Assembly (NCBI GenBank): GCA_965116565.1
Contig: OZ220699.1
Span: 3,790,849-3,854,848, forward strand
Length of the DNA stretch: 64,000 bases
Direction of reading: 5' to 3'
DNA from: Dehalococcoidia bacterium
Lineage (GTDB): Bacteria; Chloroflexota; Dehalococcoidia; Lucifugimonadales; UBA3495
The notes under the pieces are model-generated. The model worked only from the letters and a program-made list of their open reading frames with translations. It ran no database searches and was not told the DNA's origin. This document shows positions 37,235 through 46,373 of the stretch, in pieces (the first letter of the stretch is position 1; each line of letters starts with the position of its first letter). The translations under genes were made by a program, and so were the position numbers.

Positions 37235-37442
37235 GGTTCTCCAGGTTCCCCAAGTTCCCCTTTTGAGTAGGCAATTGGTGGTGAACCTTGACGTCGCCAT
37301 CTCCGAGGTTCCCCCGGAGGTTCCCCAGAAGTTCCCAAAGGTTCCCAGAGGTTCCCCCGAGGTTCCCCGGCAATTTGCGCCTCTTTTGAGTAGGAATTCC
37401 TCATGGGGTGGGAACCTGGGGAACCTGGGGAACCTTTTCCCC
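37235..37442 (+). promoter_or_regulatory. Iteron array, candidate origin of replication of the element
   Basis: About 9 direct GGTTCCCC-type repeats, 3 inverted GGGGAACCT repeats, and two CTTTTGAGTAGG boxes (37260, 37383). Lies immediately downstream of the replication gene. Confidence 0.55.
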
Positions 37443-37554
37443 AGTCCGGCCTGGAATTTTCCAAAACCCTGTTTCAGTGGTTTTCAACGTTCGGATTATG
37501 CGTACTGTTTCGGACGTTTCAAACCGACACGACAGCGCCCAAGGAGGCTCGACG

Positions 37555-37710
37555 ATGACCGCCAAGAAGGTCCCTGAAGTGCTGGGCCGCACCAGACGCT
37601 ACGGCGGCCTCTGCACCGGACGTAAGAAGTGGATCTACGCCCAGACACGCAAGCAATGGCAGCGGGCGGTGAGATCTCCCTGTCCCCACTGGGGCAAGAG
37701 GGGTTGGTGA
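37555..37710 (+). CDS. Small basic protein (51 aa)
   Basis: Strong AAGGAGG 7 nt upstream of the ATG at 37555. Reads MTAKKVPEVLGRTRRYGGLCTGRKKW... Confidence 0.5.
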   Translation: MTAKKVPEVLGRTRRYGGLCTGRKKWIYAQTRKQWQRAVRSPCPHWGKRGW

Positions 37711-37712
37711 TC

Positions 37713-37964
37713 ATGGATCCCCGCGATGTTGTGTGCACGGCTTGCAATGCGGCGCCGTCCGAACCCTGCACGACCATGAGCGGCATCGAGCGCCCGCCCC
37801 ACGCGCCCAGGGTGCAGCTGGCGGAACATCCCGACATCTGCGGCAGCTGCGGAGCCGGCTACGGTGAACCCTGCCGCAAGGTGTCGGGCACCCTCTCGAT
37901 GTATCCCCACCGAGCCAGGCTGAGAGCAGGCAGGAACACGGAGGACATCGCATGGACGACGTGA
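37713..37964 (+). CDS. Cys-rich small protein
   Basis: MDPRDVVCTACN...CGSCGAGYGEPC. Starts 2 nt after the upstream stop. Confidence 0.5.
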   Translation: MDPRDVVCTACNAAPSEPCTTMSGIERPPHAPRVQLAEHPDICGSCGAGYGEPCRKVSGTLSMYPHRARLRAGRNTEDIAWTT

Positions 37965-38200
37965 ACTACATCGTGATGGTGAACGAAGAGAACCGCGGCC
38001 TCGTGAAATACCGCCTGGCGCTGACCGACGGGAACAGCCGCGAGTTTGACGACCTGGAGCAGGCCATCGACTTCGCCGGCGCCAATGACGTCTACGAAGT
38101 CGACGTCGTGTTCCCTGACGGCGACGTCCACCCGATCCCGCTGTTTGTCCCCGGCGTGTTCGACCCGAGACACCATGACACAACCCGCAAGAACAGCTGA
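37952..38200 (+). CDS. Hypothetical small protein
   Basis: 82-aa ORF overlapping the upstream gene end. Confidence 0.5.
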   Translation: MDDVNYIVMVNEENRGLVKYRLALTDGNSREFDDLEQAIDFAGANDVYEVDVVFPDGDVHPIPLFVPGVFDPRHHDTTRKNS

Positions 38201-38206
38201 GCAACC

Positions 38207-38644
38207 ATGCCGATCAGCAAGGAAATGGCGCCGCGCTACCCCGCCGACTGGAAGACACGCCGCCGGTTCATCATCCAGTACCGGGCCGCCAACCGATGTG
38301 AGTGGTGCTCTGCCCAGAACGGCGAGCCCCATCCCGACACGGGCAGCAAGGTTGTTCTCACGCTGGCCCACGTGTGGGACAAGGCTCCGGAGAACGCGTC
38401 GCTCCTGAACCTGGCGTGCCTCTGCCAACGCTGCCACAACCGGTGGGACGCCGCCGACCGGCGCATGAGCCGGATCCGGCGGCGCGTTGCCTGCTTGCTG
38501 CGGTCGGGACAACTGCCGTTGCCGTTGCCACCGGCCGCCTCGATGGCCATGGAGATCTACCAGCTGCTCATCGACGTGGGACAGATCACGCCGCCGGTGG
38601 TGCAGTTGCCGATCCCCCGCGAAGCCTACGAATACGTGGCGTGA
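38207..38644 (+). CDS. HNH endonuclease
   Basis: CEWC...H...LLNLACLCQRCHNRWD (HNH/His-Me finger with flanking Cys pairs). Confidence 0.7.
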   Translation: MPISKEMAPRYPADWKTRRRFIIQYRAANRCEWCSAQNGEPHPDTGSKVVLTLAHVWDKAPENASLLNLACLCQRCHNRWDAADRRMSRIRRRVACLLRSGQLPLPLPPAASMAMEIYQLLIDVGQITPPVVQLPIPREAYEYVA

Positions 38645-38661
38645 ACAAACAGGAGATGCAC

Positions 38662-38847
38662 ATGACTGATCCAAAAGACAAACCCGAAGACACCGGCGCC
38701 CTGCAGCAGGAACTCCGCGACCGAGGCTGGCGGCCCGAGGACATGTTTGACCCGTTGACCGGTATCTCGTTCACCCGATGGTTTCCGCCCGGAAAGCCGA
38801 ACCCCGCCAGGGAAGAGGACCCTCGCACCGAGGGCGATCGATCATGA
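38662..38847 (+). CDS. Hypothetical small protein
   Basis: ACAGGAG upstream. Reads MTDPKDKPEDTGALQQELRDRGW... Confidence 0.45.
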   Translation: MTDPKDKPEDTGALQQELRDRGWRPEDMFDPLTGISFTRWFPPGKPNPAREEDPRTEGDRS

Positions 38848-39116
38848 ACGCCACCTATCACTGGTCGTATACACCCATCACCGGGACCTGCGACCGCTGC
38901 GGACGCCAGGACATCCCCGACGATGAGCTTTACCTGGCGGTGCGGTGGGACAACCGGCTCGGCACTTCGATGTGGGTGGGCGTCTGCGAGTCCTGCGACG
39001 ACGGGGACGGATCGCTCCGTTACCACGGCCGAACTCTGGCTGAACTCAGGGCCGAGACAGTGTTCGGCTCGTGGATGTTGAGCGGGACGACCATCCACCC
39101 CTGGATACCGGCGTAG
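38844..39116 (+). CDS. Hypothetical Cys-rich small protein
   Basis: ATGA overlap with the upstream gene. Contains CDRCG...CESC. Confidence 0.45.
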   Translation: MNATYHWSYTPITGTCDRCGRQDIPDDELYLAVRWDNRLGTSMWVGVCESCDDGDGSLRYHGRTLAELRAETVFGSWMLSGTTIHPWIPA

Positions 39117-39131
39117 GTCTGAGGAAGCCGT

Positions 39132-39554
39132 ATGACCCATCGTCGACGGACTCGCCTGGCGGTTTTCCACAAAGACGGCAGGACCGAAAACCTCTCCCTC
39201 ACTGTGGAGATCCAGCGTTTCTGTTCCTGCAACTTCGGCGGGCCGCCGGTTCCCCACACGGCCGTGGCGGCCGCCAAGCGCTGCCTCTGGACCCGCTGCG
39301 ACAACTGCGGCCACATCAGCCTGCACGTCACCGCGGCGGACTTCAACCGGCCGTTGAGGGGCTGTGGGATGGAGGGATGCCTGCTGAGCATGTACGTCAG
39401 CAGGAACCATCTGCCCTTCTGGATGTGTTCGTGCGGGCAGTGCCACAACACGCTGGACCTGCAGGGTTGGTGTGTTCGTCGGGATCCGGACCAGCCCCAT
39501 CCCTACGACCGCATCGACTACCCCTACACCGACTCGGCAGGCAACACACCATGA
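39132..39554 (+). CDS. Hypothetical protein
   Basis: 140-aa ORF, Cys/His-rich. Confidence 0.45.
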   Translation: MTHRRRTRLAVFHKDGRTENLSLTVEIQRFCSCNFGGPPVPHTAVAAAKRCLWTRCDNCGHISLHVTAADFNRPLRGCGMEGCLLSMYVSRNHLPFWMCSCGQCHNTLDLQGWCVRRDPDQPHPYDRIDYPYTDSAGNTP

Positions 39555-39778
39555 TTCCCGCCGACGCCATCGCCATCGTTACGCCCCACGGTCGCTACGA
39601 GCGGGTGATGCGCGGCCGCAGGATCGCGCTGCCGTGCGGTCATCACACCGCCATGGACGAAATCGCCTGGCAGCCGGACACCAAAACACCGGTCTGCCGA
39701 CTGCCCAACCTGATTTGCCACGCGTGTATGCGGGCCTGGGTGGCGGAATTTGTCGCCGGCAAGGAGCGCGCAGCGTGA
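39551..39778 (+). CDS. Hypothetical small protein
   Basis: ATGA overlap with the upstream gene. Reads MIPADAIAIVTPHGRYERVMRG...CHACMRAW. Confidence 0.45.
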   Translation: MIPADAIAIVTPHGRYERVMRGRRIALPCGHHTAMDEIAWQPDTKTPVCRLPNLICHACMRAWVAEFVAGKERAA

Positions 39779-40236
39779 CTATTGCTCGAGGTCCTGGCGT
39801 CACGTTCCGCCGCTGCCAGTGGTGCGGCGAGGACTTCGACGACTACCAGGAGAGCCGTATCACGAGCACTGCGCGCCCAGCGCCGCGGCCGTTCCACGGC
39901 AAACGCCCTGGTGGCAGAAGCGGCAACGGCCCACGACCCGCCGGCGGTAGAGGCGCCGGCAGGACCACCGGGGAAATCCATCGCGCAACCATCCCCGCCG
40001 GTTACCTGAAGGATAGGGATATTGACCGCAACTGGACACATCACCGCCGTCCCCGCCTGCATCGGGTTCGAGCGAGCGCCCGTGGACGCGAAAGAGCTCA
40101 TGGTTCCATGCCCGCGCAAGGCGAGCCAGGAGTGCTGCGGCCACCGTTTCTACGCCGAGCACTACGGCCGCCACCGGGCCGGCGTTCATCCGCCGAAGTG
40201 GACTCCGCCTCGGGCGCGGTGAGCGGGAGAACGACC

Positions 40237-40569
40237 ATGGCCCATGACGAGCTGCAACGAGACCCGTCCCAACTGATCGCCGACTTTATTGAGCACACCA
40301 GGGAGGCGTGCTGGGACCTGCAGTTTTACCTGGAATGGTGCATCAACCACGACCTCGCACCGGACCCGATGATCAGCACCTTTGCCAACCTACTGTCTGC
40401 GTTTCGAGGGGGGGCGCGGGAGGGTCTGGATGATGGCCACCAACTGATTGTCAATGTCTCCGGCGACGAGTGCGGCGGCATCGGATTCCGAATGGCCGAT
40501 TGCGCCGTCAATTTCCACGACGCGGTGTGGGAGGCATACCAGCCGCCCAACCCTCGGGCTGATCGCTAA
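40237..40569 (+). CDS. Hypothetical protein
   Basis: ATG at 40237 after GGGAGA. 110 aa with non-repetitive composition. Confidence 0.5.
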   Translation: MAHDELQRDPSQLIADFIEHTREACWDLQFYLEWCINHDLAPDPMISTFANLLSAFRGGAREGLDDGHQLIVNVSGDECGGIGFRMADCAVNFHDAVWEAYQPPNPRADR

Positions 40570-40592
40570 CGGCCACAGATCGCAACCTCGGC

Positions 40593-42908
40593 ATGCCCAA
40601 GGACACCAGCAAGTTCCCGCCCAGGGTCACCCACTACACCGATGACCCGTTCCGGTGGCCATGGCCGGAGAACCCCTGCCACAGCCACGTACTGGGCTGG
40701 GACCGCTTTTCCGACACCTGGGCGCTGGTGTCATGCGCCCGGTGCCTGGAACACTGGCCGGCCCAACGGCCCTTGGAGAATGCGCCCATGACCGACCGCC
40801 AGCCCATCGCCGACCTGTACGTGTGCTGGAACTGCGACGACCACGACGTGGAGGTGGCGGTCGGCGCGGACCCGCCGGAGTATCACGCGGCCTGCTGCTA
40901 CGGCCCTCTGCAGTGGAGCGGACAATTGTACGTCCGGGGGCCGTGGGCGCGGGTTTACGAGGCAAGAACGACCAGAGTTAAGCAACGCCCGGTTGGGCAA
41001 AGGAGCCGCAAAGTGAGAACCAGGCAACGAATCGACCTTGATTTGATCGACGACAACCCTTACCAACCTCGCCGGGAAATTGCGCCCGCGCAGGTGGAAA
41101 GACTGGCCGACAACATCGACAGCGTGGACCTGTTGCAACTACCCCTGGCGCGGCCTTCGCCAGTAGCGACGGGTCGCTACCAGACCGCCTTTGGCCACTA
41201 CCGGGTCGCGGCGATTCGTCTGCTGGAACAGCGGGGACGATTGCAACTGGAGCGTCCGCGCTTCGGTTACTACCTCGACGACGGAGGAAAAGCCGTCGGC
41301 TACGTTGAAATGGATGTCGATGAACTCACCGACGAAAAGATGGCGGTCATAGCCCTCAGTGAAAACGTGGCACGCAAGCAGATGACCCAGATCGAGGTGG
41401 TGCGCGCCCACCGGCGGGCCATCGACGAGACAGGCCTGTCCATCCAGGGTCTGGCCGACGAGCTGGGCGTGAGCCGCAGCGGGCTGTCCAACAACCTGCG
41501 CGTGCTGGAGCTGCCCGATTTCGTCCTGGAACACGTCGAGATCGGCGCGCTGCACGCAACTGTGGCCAGGGAGTTTCTCGTGCTGCAGAACGCCGACCAC
41601 TGCCACGCCGAGGATATGCGCGAGGTAATCCGCAGGGTCGTCAATGAGGCGGCGTACGGCAACCGGGTTCCCAACTGGCAGCGCCGGAACGTGCGGAAGC
41701 TGATCAGCGAGCGCGTGTCCTTCCAGGAGAACAACGGCTTCCGGCCCATCGGACCCAGGACCGGCCACGTGGTTGGCGGCGGGCACCGCGAGCCGACCTT
41801 CGACGTGGACGCGTTCAGCGCCGAGTATCCCGAGAGCCTCCACACCATTCCGGCCGACGACGGCAGCATGAAGAACCACCGGATGGAGGAGCGCTACGAC
41901 CAGTCCCGGATCTGGACCTGCGAGGTGAGGGAATGGAGCCGGCGGCAGAGCAGGGCGACTCGGGAAGCCAACAAGACGGCCGAGGTGTCTGGCGCCATGT
42001 CCGGAACCAAATCCGGGTCTAAATCCGGCGCTGCCGCCGCGCCCAGCCGCGACAGGCAGTTCGAGCAGGCGTTGGCCGCGGATCCCGTCTTCAACGGAGT
42101 CGTCGCCGGCCGGACGAAGAAGGGCCCCAACCGGCCGGTCACCGATGCGGAACGGGCGGCGCTGGGCACCCGGGCGGAGTTGAGGGACGTGGACTACAAC
42201 ACAAGGTTCTGGAAGATCCTCGCCAAGGGCAATCCATCGAATATTCGCGACTGGCAGCGACAGGACGGCGGCCACGTCCCTCCCTACTTCCCGCTGGACG
42301 AGTGCGCCAACTGCATAGCAGGCGCCGCCCACGCCAAGTCCAGGTCGTCCTACATCCTGGACAAGGTCACCCTGGTCTGCACGAACCAGAAGTGCTACCA
42401 GGACAGATGCGGAGCCGGCGGCTCCCGATACCGGGATGAACTGGAGGCGCACAAGCTGGCCGTCCAGCGCCAGGACGCACAGGTGGCCAGACAGGTAAAC
42501 CTGGAACTGGAGGGCCTCTCTGCCGTGGCTCTCCGGACGCTGGCCACCGTCATCGTGTCCGCCGAGATCCGGCTGGACTGGCAGCATCCGTTCGGGGAGC
42601 CGATCAAGAAGTGGAGCTGGGAGACGGGCGCGGTGGCCAGGATCTGCGATCTGCTCCGGGCCGAGCAACCCGCGTTCGAGCAATGGGGCCGCAAACCCTA
42701 CGGCCACGCCGAGATTGACGCCGAATCCCTGCAGGACGTGGCGGACGGCGATCTGCGGGACCTGGTGGCCAATCTGGTGGTCCACCACCTGCGCCGGTCG
42801 GGGAAGATGGAGACCGTTTCCGGGGAACGGGCGCAATCGCCGCCGGATCCCCTGGAGGTCCGGCAGACGCTCGCCGGCGAACCGGCGCCCGCGGGGATGC
42901 CGGCATGA
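40593..42908 (+). CDS. ParB/Srx-like N-terminal-domain protein (771 aa) with Cys-rich leader and long C-terminal extension
   Basis: IDLDLIDDNPYQPRREI...LLQLPLARP...YQTAFGHYRVAAIRLL (ParB N-domain boxes), then an HTH-like LSIQGLADELGVSRSGLSNNLRVLELP. Confidence 0.7.
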   Translation: MPKDTSKFPPRVTHYTDDPFRWPWPENPCHSHVLGWDRFSDTWALVSCARCLEHWPAQRPLENAPMTDRQPIADLYVCWNCDDHDVEVAVGADPPEYHAACCYGPLQWSGQLYVRGPWARVYEARTTRVKQRPVGQRSRKVRTRQRIDLDLIDDNPYQPRREIAPAQVERLADNIDSVDLLQLPLARPSPVATGRYQTAFGHYRVAAIRLLEQRGRLQLERPRFGYYLDDGGKAVGYVEMDVDELTDEKMAVIALSENVARKQMTQIEVVRAHRRAIDETGLSIQGLADELGVSRSGLSNNLRVLELPDFVLEHVEIGALHATVAREFLVLQNADHCHAEDMREVIRRVVNEAAYGNRVPNWQRRNVRKLISERVSFQENNGFRPIGPRTGHVVGGGHREPTFDVDAFSAEYPESLHTIPADDGSMKNHRMEERYDQSRIWTCEVREWSRRQSRATREANKTAEVSGAMSGTKSGSKSGAAAAPSRDRQFEQALAADPVFNGVVAGRTKKGPNRPVTDAERAALGTRAELRDVDYNTRFWKILAKGNPSNIRDWQRQDGGHVPPYFPLDECANCIAGAAHAKSRSSYILDKVTLVCTNQKCYQDRCGAGGSRYRDELEAHKLAVQRQDAQVARQVNLELEGLSAVALRTLATVIVSAEIRLDWQHPFGEPIKKWSWETGAVARICDLLRAEQPAFEQWGRKPYGHAEIDAESLQDVADGDLRDLVANLVVHHLRRSGKMETVSGERAQSPPDPLEVRQTLAGEPAPAGMPA

Positions 42909-44821
42909 GCATCCACGAAACCGGCGCTGGACCGGCCCTCCTGGTCGCCGACCTGTTCTGCGGTGCGGGCGGGTCATCCACCGGCGCCAAGCGCGCTATC
43001 GAGGAGCTGGGCCACTCCATGGAGTTGGTGGCGGTCAACCACTGGAACACCGCCGTCGCCACCCACCAGGCCAACCATCCCACCGCGCGCCACCTGGTCG
43101 AGGACGTGAGCATCGTGGATCCCGAGGCCGTGGTGCCCGAGGGACGCCTTGACCTGCTCATGGCCAGTCCGGAATGCACCTACCACAGCCGCGCCAGAGG
43201 CGGCAAGCCCATCCACGACCAGGGCCGCATGAACCCCTGGGCGATTCACAACTGGCTGACCAGGCTGGACGTGCGGTGCGTCATCATCGAGAACGTGCCG
43301 GAGTTCGTGGCGTGGGGACCTCTGGACGCGCACGGCAAGCCCGACAAGGCCCACCGGGGCGAGCACTTCCAGGCGTGGTTCCTCACCTTCCTGTCCCTGC
43401 GCTACCAGGCACAGTGGCGGATGCTGAACGCGGCCGACTACGGCGACGCCACCACGCGCACACGGTTCTTTCTCATCGCCCGCAAGGACGGCGTGCCCGT
43501 CGCCTGGCCCGAGCCCACCCACGCCAAGCGCGACGGCACCCTGATGCCCGGCCGGCTCCCGTGGCGGGGCGCCCGGGAGATCATCAACTGGGACAACCCA
43601 GGCAGGTCCATCCTGGACGATCCCAAGTACGTCAGCAAGCCCCTGAGCGAGAACACCCGACGCCGCATCGCCCGCGGCCTCGAGCGTTTCGGCGGACCGC
43701 TGGCCCCGCTGTACATCCGGCTGCTGGACCTGCCCGACAGCTCCGACGCTGCGCTCATCGGCAAAAGCGGCCGCAACGGCCACGGCGAGGCGTTCATACT
43801 CAACCGCCACGGGGACAACGGCGGCGACCGCGCCCATTCCACCGACGAGCCGGCGCCCACCGTAACCACCCGCGGCGCGGGCTACCTGGTGCGGCCGGTG
43901 GCCGACCGGTTCATCGCCGCCAACCGCACCGACAACTCACCCAGGGGCATCGACGAGCCCGTGCCGCCCATCACCACAGCCTACGGCGGCGGCTCGTTCA
44001 TCGTGGCGGCGGACGCGCTGCCGTTCATGCTGGGGCAGCAGAGCGGCAGCGCGCCCAGGGACACCGACCGGCCCACGCCCACCATCAGCACGGCGGGCGC
44101 CATCTCCCTGGTGCGGCCGTCCATCATCCTGTACTACGGGCAGAGCGACGCCCAGGCGGTTGACGCGCCGCTGTCGTCCATCACCGCCAACGGCCGCAAG
44201 CACGGGCTGGTCAGGCCCACGCTGGTGGAATACTACGGCAACAGCGACGCGGCCGACGTGGACCAGCCCCTGCCCACGGTTACGGCCAGGGCGAGGCACG
44301 GGCTGGCCAACCCGACCCTGATCCAGGTGAACCATGGCAACGGGGCGCAGGGACACCCAGGCAACGACCGGCGGGTGAGGTCGCTGGAGGATCCGCTGCC
44401 GTCGATCACCACATCGCCAGGGCTGGGCCTGGCGCAACCCTGCATCGTCCCCAACTTCGGCGAACGCGCCGGTCAGTCGCCGCGGGCGCACGACATCGGC
44501 TGTCCCGTGCCGGCCATCACCAGCCGTGGCGCGGGAAACCTGGTGGTCCCGCGATTGGAACAGGCGGAGAACGACGATGAGGTCAGCGACGCCATCGACC
44601 CAAAACGGCTGGTGTTGGTGGACGGCCAGCCGTACCTGCTGGACATAAGGTTCCGGATGCTGCAGAACGACGAGTTGGCCCGTGCCATGGGATTCGACGA
44701 CGAGGAGACGCGGTACGAGTTCCACGGCAACGTCGGCGAGGTGACCAAGCAGATCGGCAACGTCGTGCCCGTCAACCTGGCCACCGCGCTGGTCACGGCG
44801 ACCTTGAGCGAATCACAATGA
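42905..44821 (+). CDS. DNA (cytosine-5) methyltransferase with about seven tandem TRD-like repeats
   Basis: Motif I DLFCGAGGSS, IV SPECTYHS, VI ENVPEF, VIII LNAADYGDATTRTRFFLIA, IX RMLQNDELARAMGF, X QIGNVVPV. Between VIII and IX lie 7 x D-P-x-P-(T/S)-(I/V)-T modules. Confidence 0.85.
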   Translation: MSIHETGAGPALLVADLFCGAGGSSTGAKRAIEELGHSMELVAVNHWNTAVATHQANHPTARHLVEDVSIVDPEAVVPEGRLDLLMASPECTYHSRARGGKPIHDQGRMNPWAIHNWLTRLDVRCVIIENVPEFVAWGPLDAHGKPDKAHRGEHFQAWFLTFLSLRYQAQWRMLNAADYGDATTRTRFFLIARKDGVPVAWPEPTHAKRDGTLMPGRLPWRGAREIINWDNPGRSILDDPKYVSKPLSENTRRRIARGLERFGGPLAPLYIRLLDLPDSSDAALIGKSGRNGHGEAFILNRHGDNGGDRAHSTDEPAPTVTTRGAGYLVRPVADRFIAANRTDNSPRGIDEPVPPITTAYGGGSFIVAADALPFMLGQQSGSAPRDTDRPTPTISTAGAISLVRPSIILYYGQSDAQAVDAPLSSITANGRKHGLVRPTLVEYYGNSDAADVDQPLPTVTARARHGLANPTLIQVNHGNGAQGHPGNDRRVRSLEDPLPSITTSPGLGLAQPCIVPNFGERAGQSPRAHDIGCPVPAITSRGAGNLVVPRLEQAENDDEVSDAIDPKRLVLVDGQPYLLDIRFRMLQNDELARAMGFDDEETRYEFHGNVGEVTKQIGNVVPVNLATALVTATLSESQ

Positions 44822-44994
44822 ACAGCAATACCGCCTGGTACGTCGCCGTCGTGATGGCCTGCCGGTTCATCACTTTCTACTCGCTGCCCGACGTCATGAC
44901 GTCCCCGGTCAGGCTAACGATGATGGTGCTGGTGCAGATCGGTGTTGGTGTCGTGCTGAAAGGCGTAGAAAAGGACCTGAACGATGACTTCTGA
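44818..44994 (+). CDS. Small hydrophobic protein (58 aa)
   Basis: ATGA overlap with the methyltransferase stop. Reads MNSNTAWYVAVVMACRFITFYSL...MMVLVQIGVGVVL. Confidence 0.4.
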   Translation: MNSNTAWYVAVVMACRFITFYSLPDVMTSPVRLTMMVLVQIGVGVVLKGVEKDLNDDF

Positions 44995-45116
44995 TATGCA
45001 ACCCATCGAACCCTGGTGCCAGCTTCAACGCAGCAACAATCCCGCGGCACGAGTCCAGTTCCCGACGTGCGGGGCCGCGCCCGGGTGGCGGTGCTCAGTA
45101 AGATCCGTGTGTGAAC

Positions 45117-45934
45117 TAGGGCGTGTTCACACTACAGCAGTGCGTCGATGATGAGTGCGAAAGAGATGAACCCCAGGAAGAGCACGTCCAGCTTCTCAAA
45201 GCGAGAGAATATGCGGCGAAATCCCTTCAACCGGCGGAACAACCTTTCAATCTCGTTCCGCCGCTTGTACATCTCCCGGTCATAGGCCCAAGGCTCCACA
45301 CGGGTGCTCAACGGTGGAACCACCGGCACAAACCCCAAGGCCAGGGCCAGTTGGCGGGTCTCATTGCCCTCGTAGGCTCGGTCCATCAACAGGAACGGTC
45401 CCGAGCACTGCGGTCCCAGACGGGTCAGCAACTTGCGCCCTTCCGGCGCATCATGGGCCTGCCCTGGGGAGAGCGAGAACGTTATGGCAGTTCGAGCATC
45501 CGCGGCAACCATATGAACCTTGGTGGTCCAACCCCCTCGGGACTTTCCGATGGACTGGGGTCCGTTTTTTTGAGGGCGCCAGTGCCGTCCGGATGGACCT
45601 TGACCATGGTGCTGTCCAGGGCTACCGCTTCAAGCTTGACGCGCACGATCTGTTCCCGCTGCAGGTGTTCAAACACCCGGTCCAGCACTCCATTCTTGGA
45701 CCAGCGGTTCATCCTGGTGTAGACGGTATGCCAGTTGCCGAAGCGGGGCGGCAGGCCCCGCCACTTGCAGCCGTGCTCGGCCACGTACAGGATGGCGTTG
45801 ATCACCTGCAGGTTGGACAGCTTGACGTTGCCGCGCTGGACCGGAAGGACTGGCGCGATGCGTTCATACTGGGCTGGTGTAATCTCCATGCGGAGAGGAT
45901 AGCATCCCCGCACAGTTAGTGTGAACACGCCCTA
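45117..45934 (-). mobile_element. IS5-family (IS427/IS1031-like) insertion sequence, 818 bp
   Basis: 18-bp terminal inverted repeats TAGGGCGTGTTCACACTA (45117-45134, and reverse complement at 45917-45934). TA is present at both junctions. Confidence 0.85.
45132..45928 (-). CDS. IS5-family transposase (OrfA/OrfB, programmed -1 frameshift)
   Basis: ORFs 45482..45928 and 45132..45512 overlap. There is an A7 slippery run (T7 on the plus strand at 45565-45571). The -1 frame reads KNGPQSIGKSRGGWTTKVHMVAAD, continuing into the DDE region. Confidence 0.85.
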
Positions 45935-46032
45935 ACCCCTCGCGGCCCCGAGAAGCGGTTTTGATCAACTGTGTTTCGCCTAGTACCATCAACGTTAGGC
46001 ACGACCTGCCACCTCCATCCGAGAGTCGATCC

Positions 46033-46275
46033 ATGATACATACCGAACTGGCGATCCATATTCTGGGCAAGCACCAACACGTAGAGATCAGCGACGTTCC
46101 AGCCGTGCCCGATGTCGGTGAAACCATCCTGCTGAACGTCGAAATGGACGATGCTGTCTTGAACGGCAGATTCACGGTCCTTTCTCGCCAATGGGTGTAT
46201 CTGTTTAGACGACGACGAGAACCTCCAGAAATCTTGAGGTGCGAATTAGAGGTCGTGGAGGTCGCGCCAGGTTAG
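46033..46275 (+). CDS. Hypothetical small protein
   Basis: ATG at 46033 within ORF 45961..46275. 80 aa. Confidence 0.35.
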   Translation: MIHTELAIHILGKHQHVEISDVPAVPDVGETILLNVEMDDAVLNGRFTVLSRQWVYLFRRRREPPEILRCELEVVEVAPG

Positions 46276-46373
46276 CGAAAGGAATCTGCAAACGGCTGGA
46301 GCCCAGCGCAACCTCAACAAGGCCCGGGTTCGCAGCGCTGCGGCCGTTGTCAACAGCCACAGGAGTTGATGCT

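Noticed and set aside
36981-37577. 198-aa ORF spanning the iteron array.
   Set aside because: Its translation is a by-product of the GGTTCCCC repeats (EVPPEVPQKFPKVPRGSPEVPRQF). There is no RBS, and it overlaps the ancestral 3' end of the replication gene.
39775-40236. Coding assignment in this stretch (frames 39472..40569, 39782..40009, 40022..40222).
   Set aside because: Several overlapping frames are open and all are partly low-complexity. CQWCGEDFDDYQE suggests a real small Zn protein starting at GTG 39775, but I cannot follow a convincing frame to a stop. There may be a frameshift.
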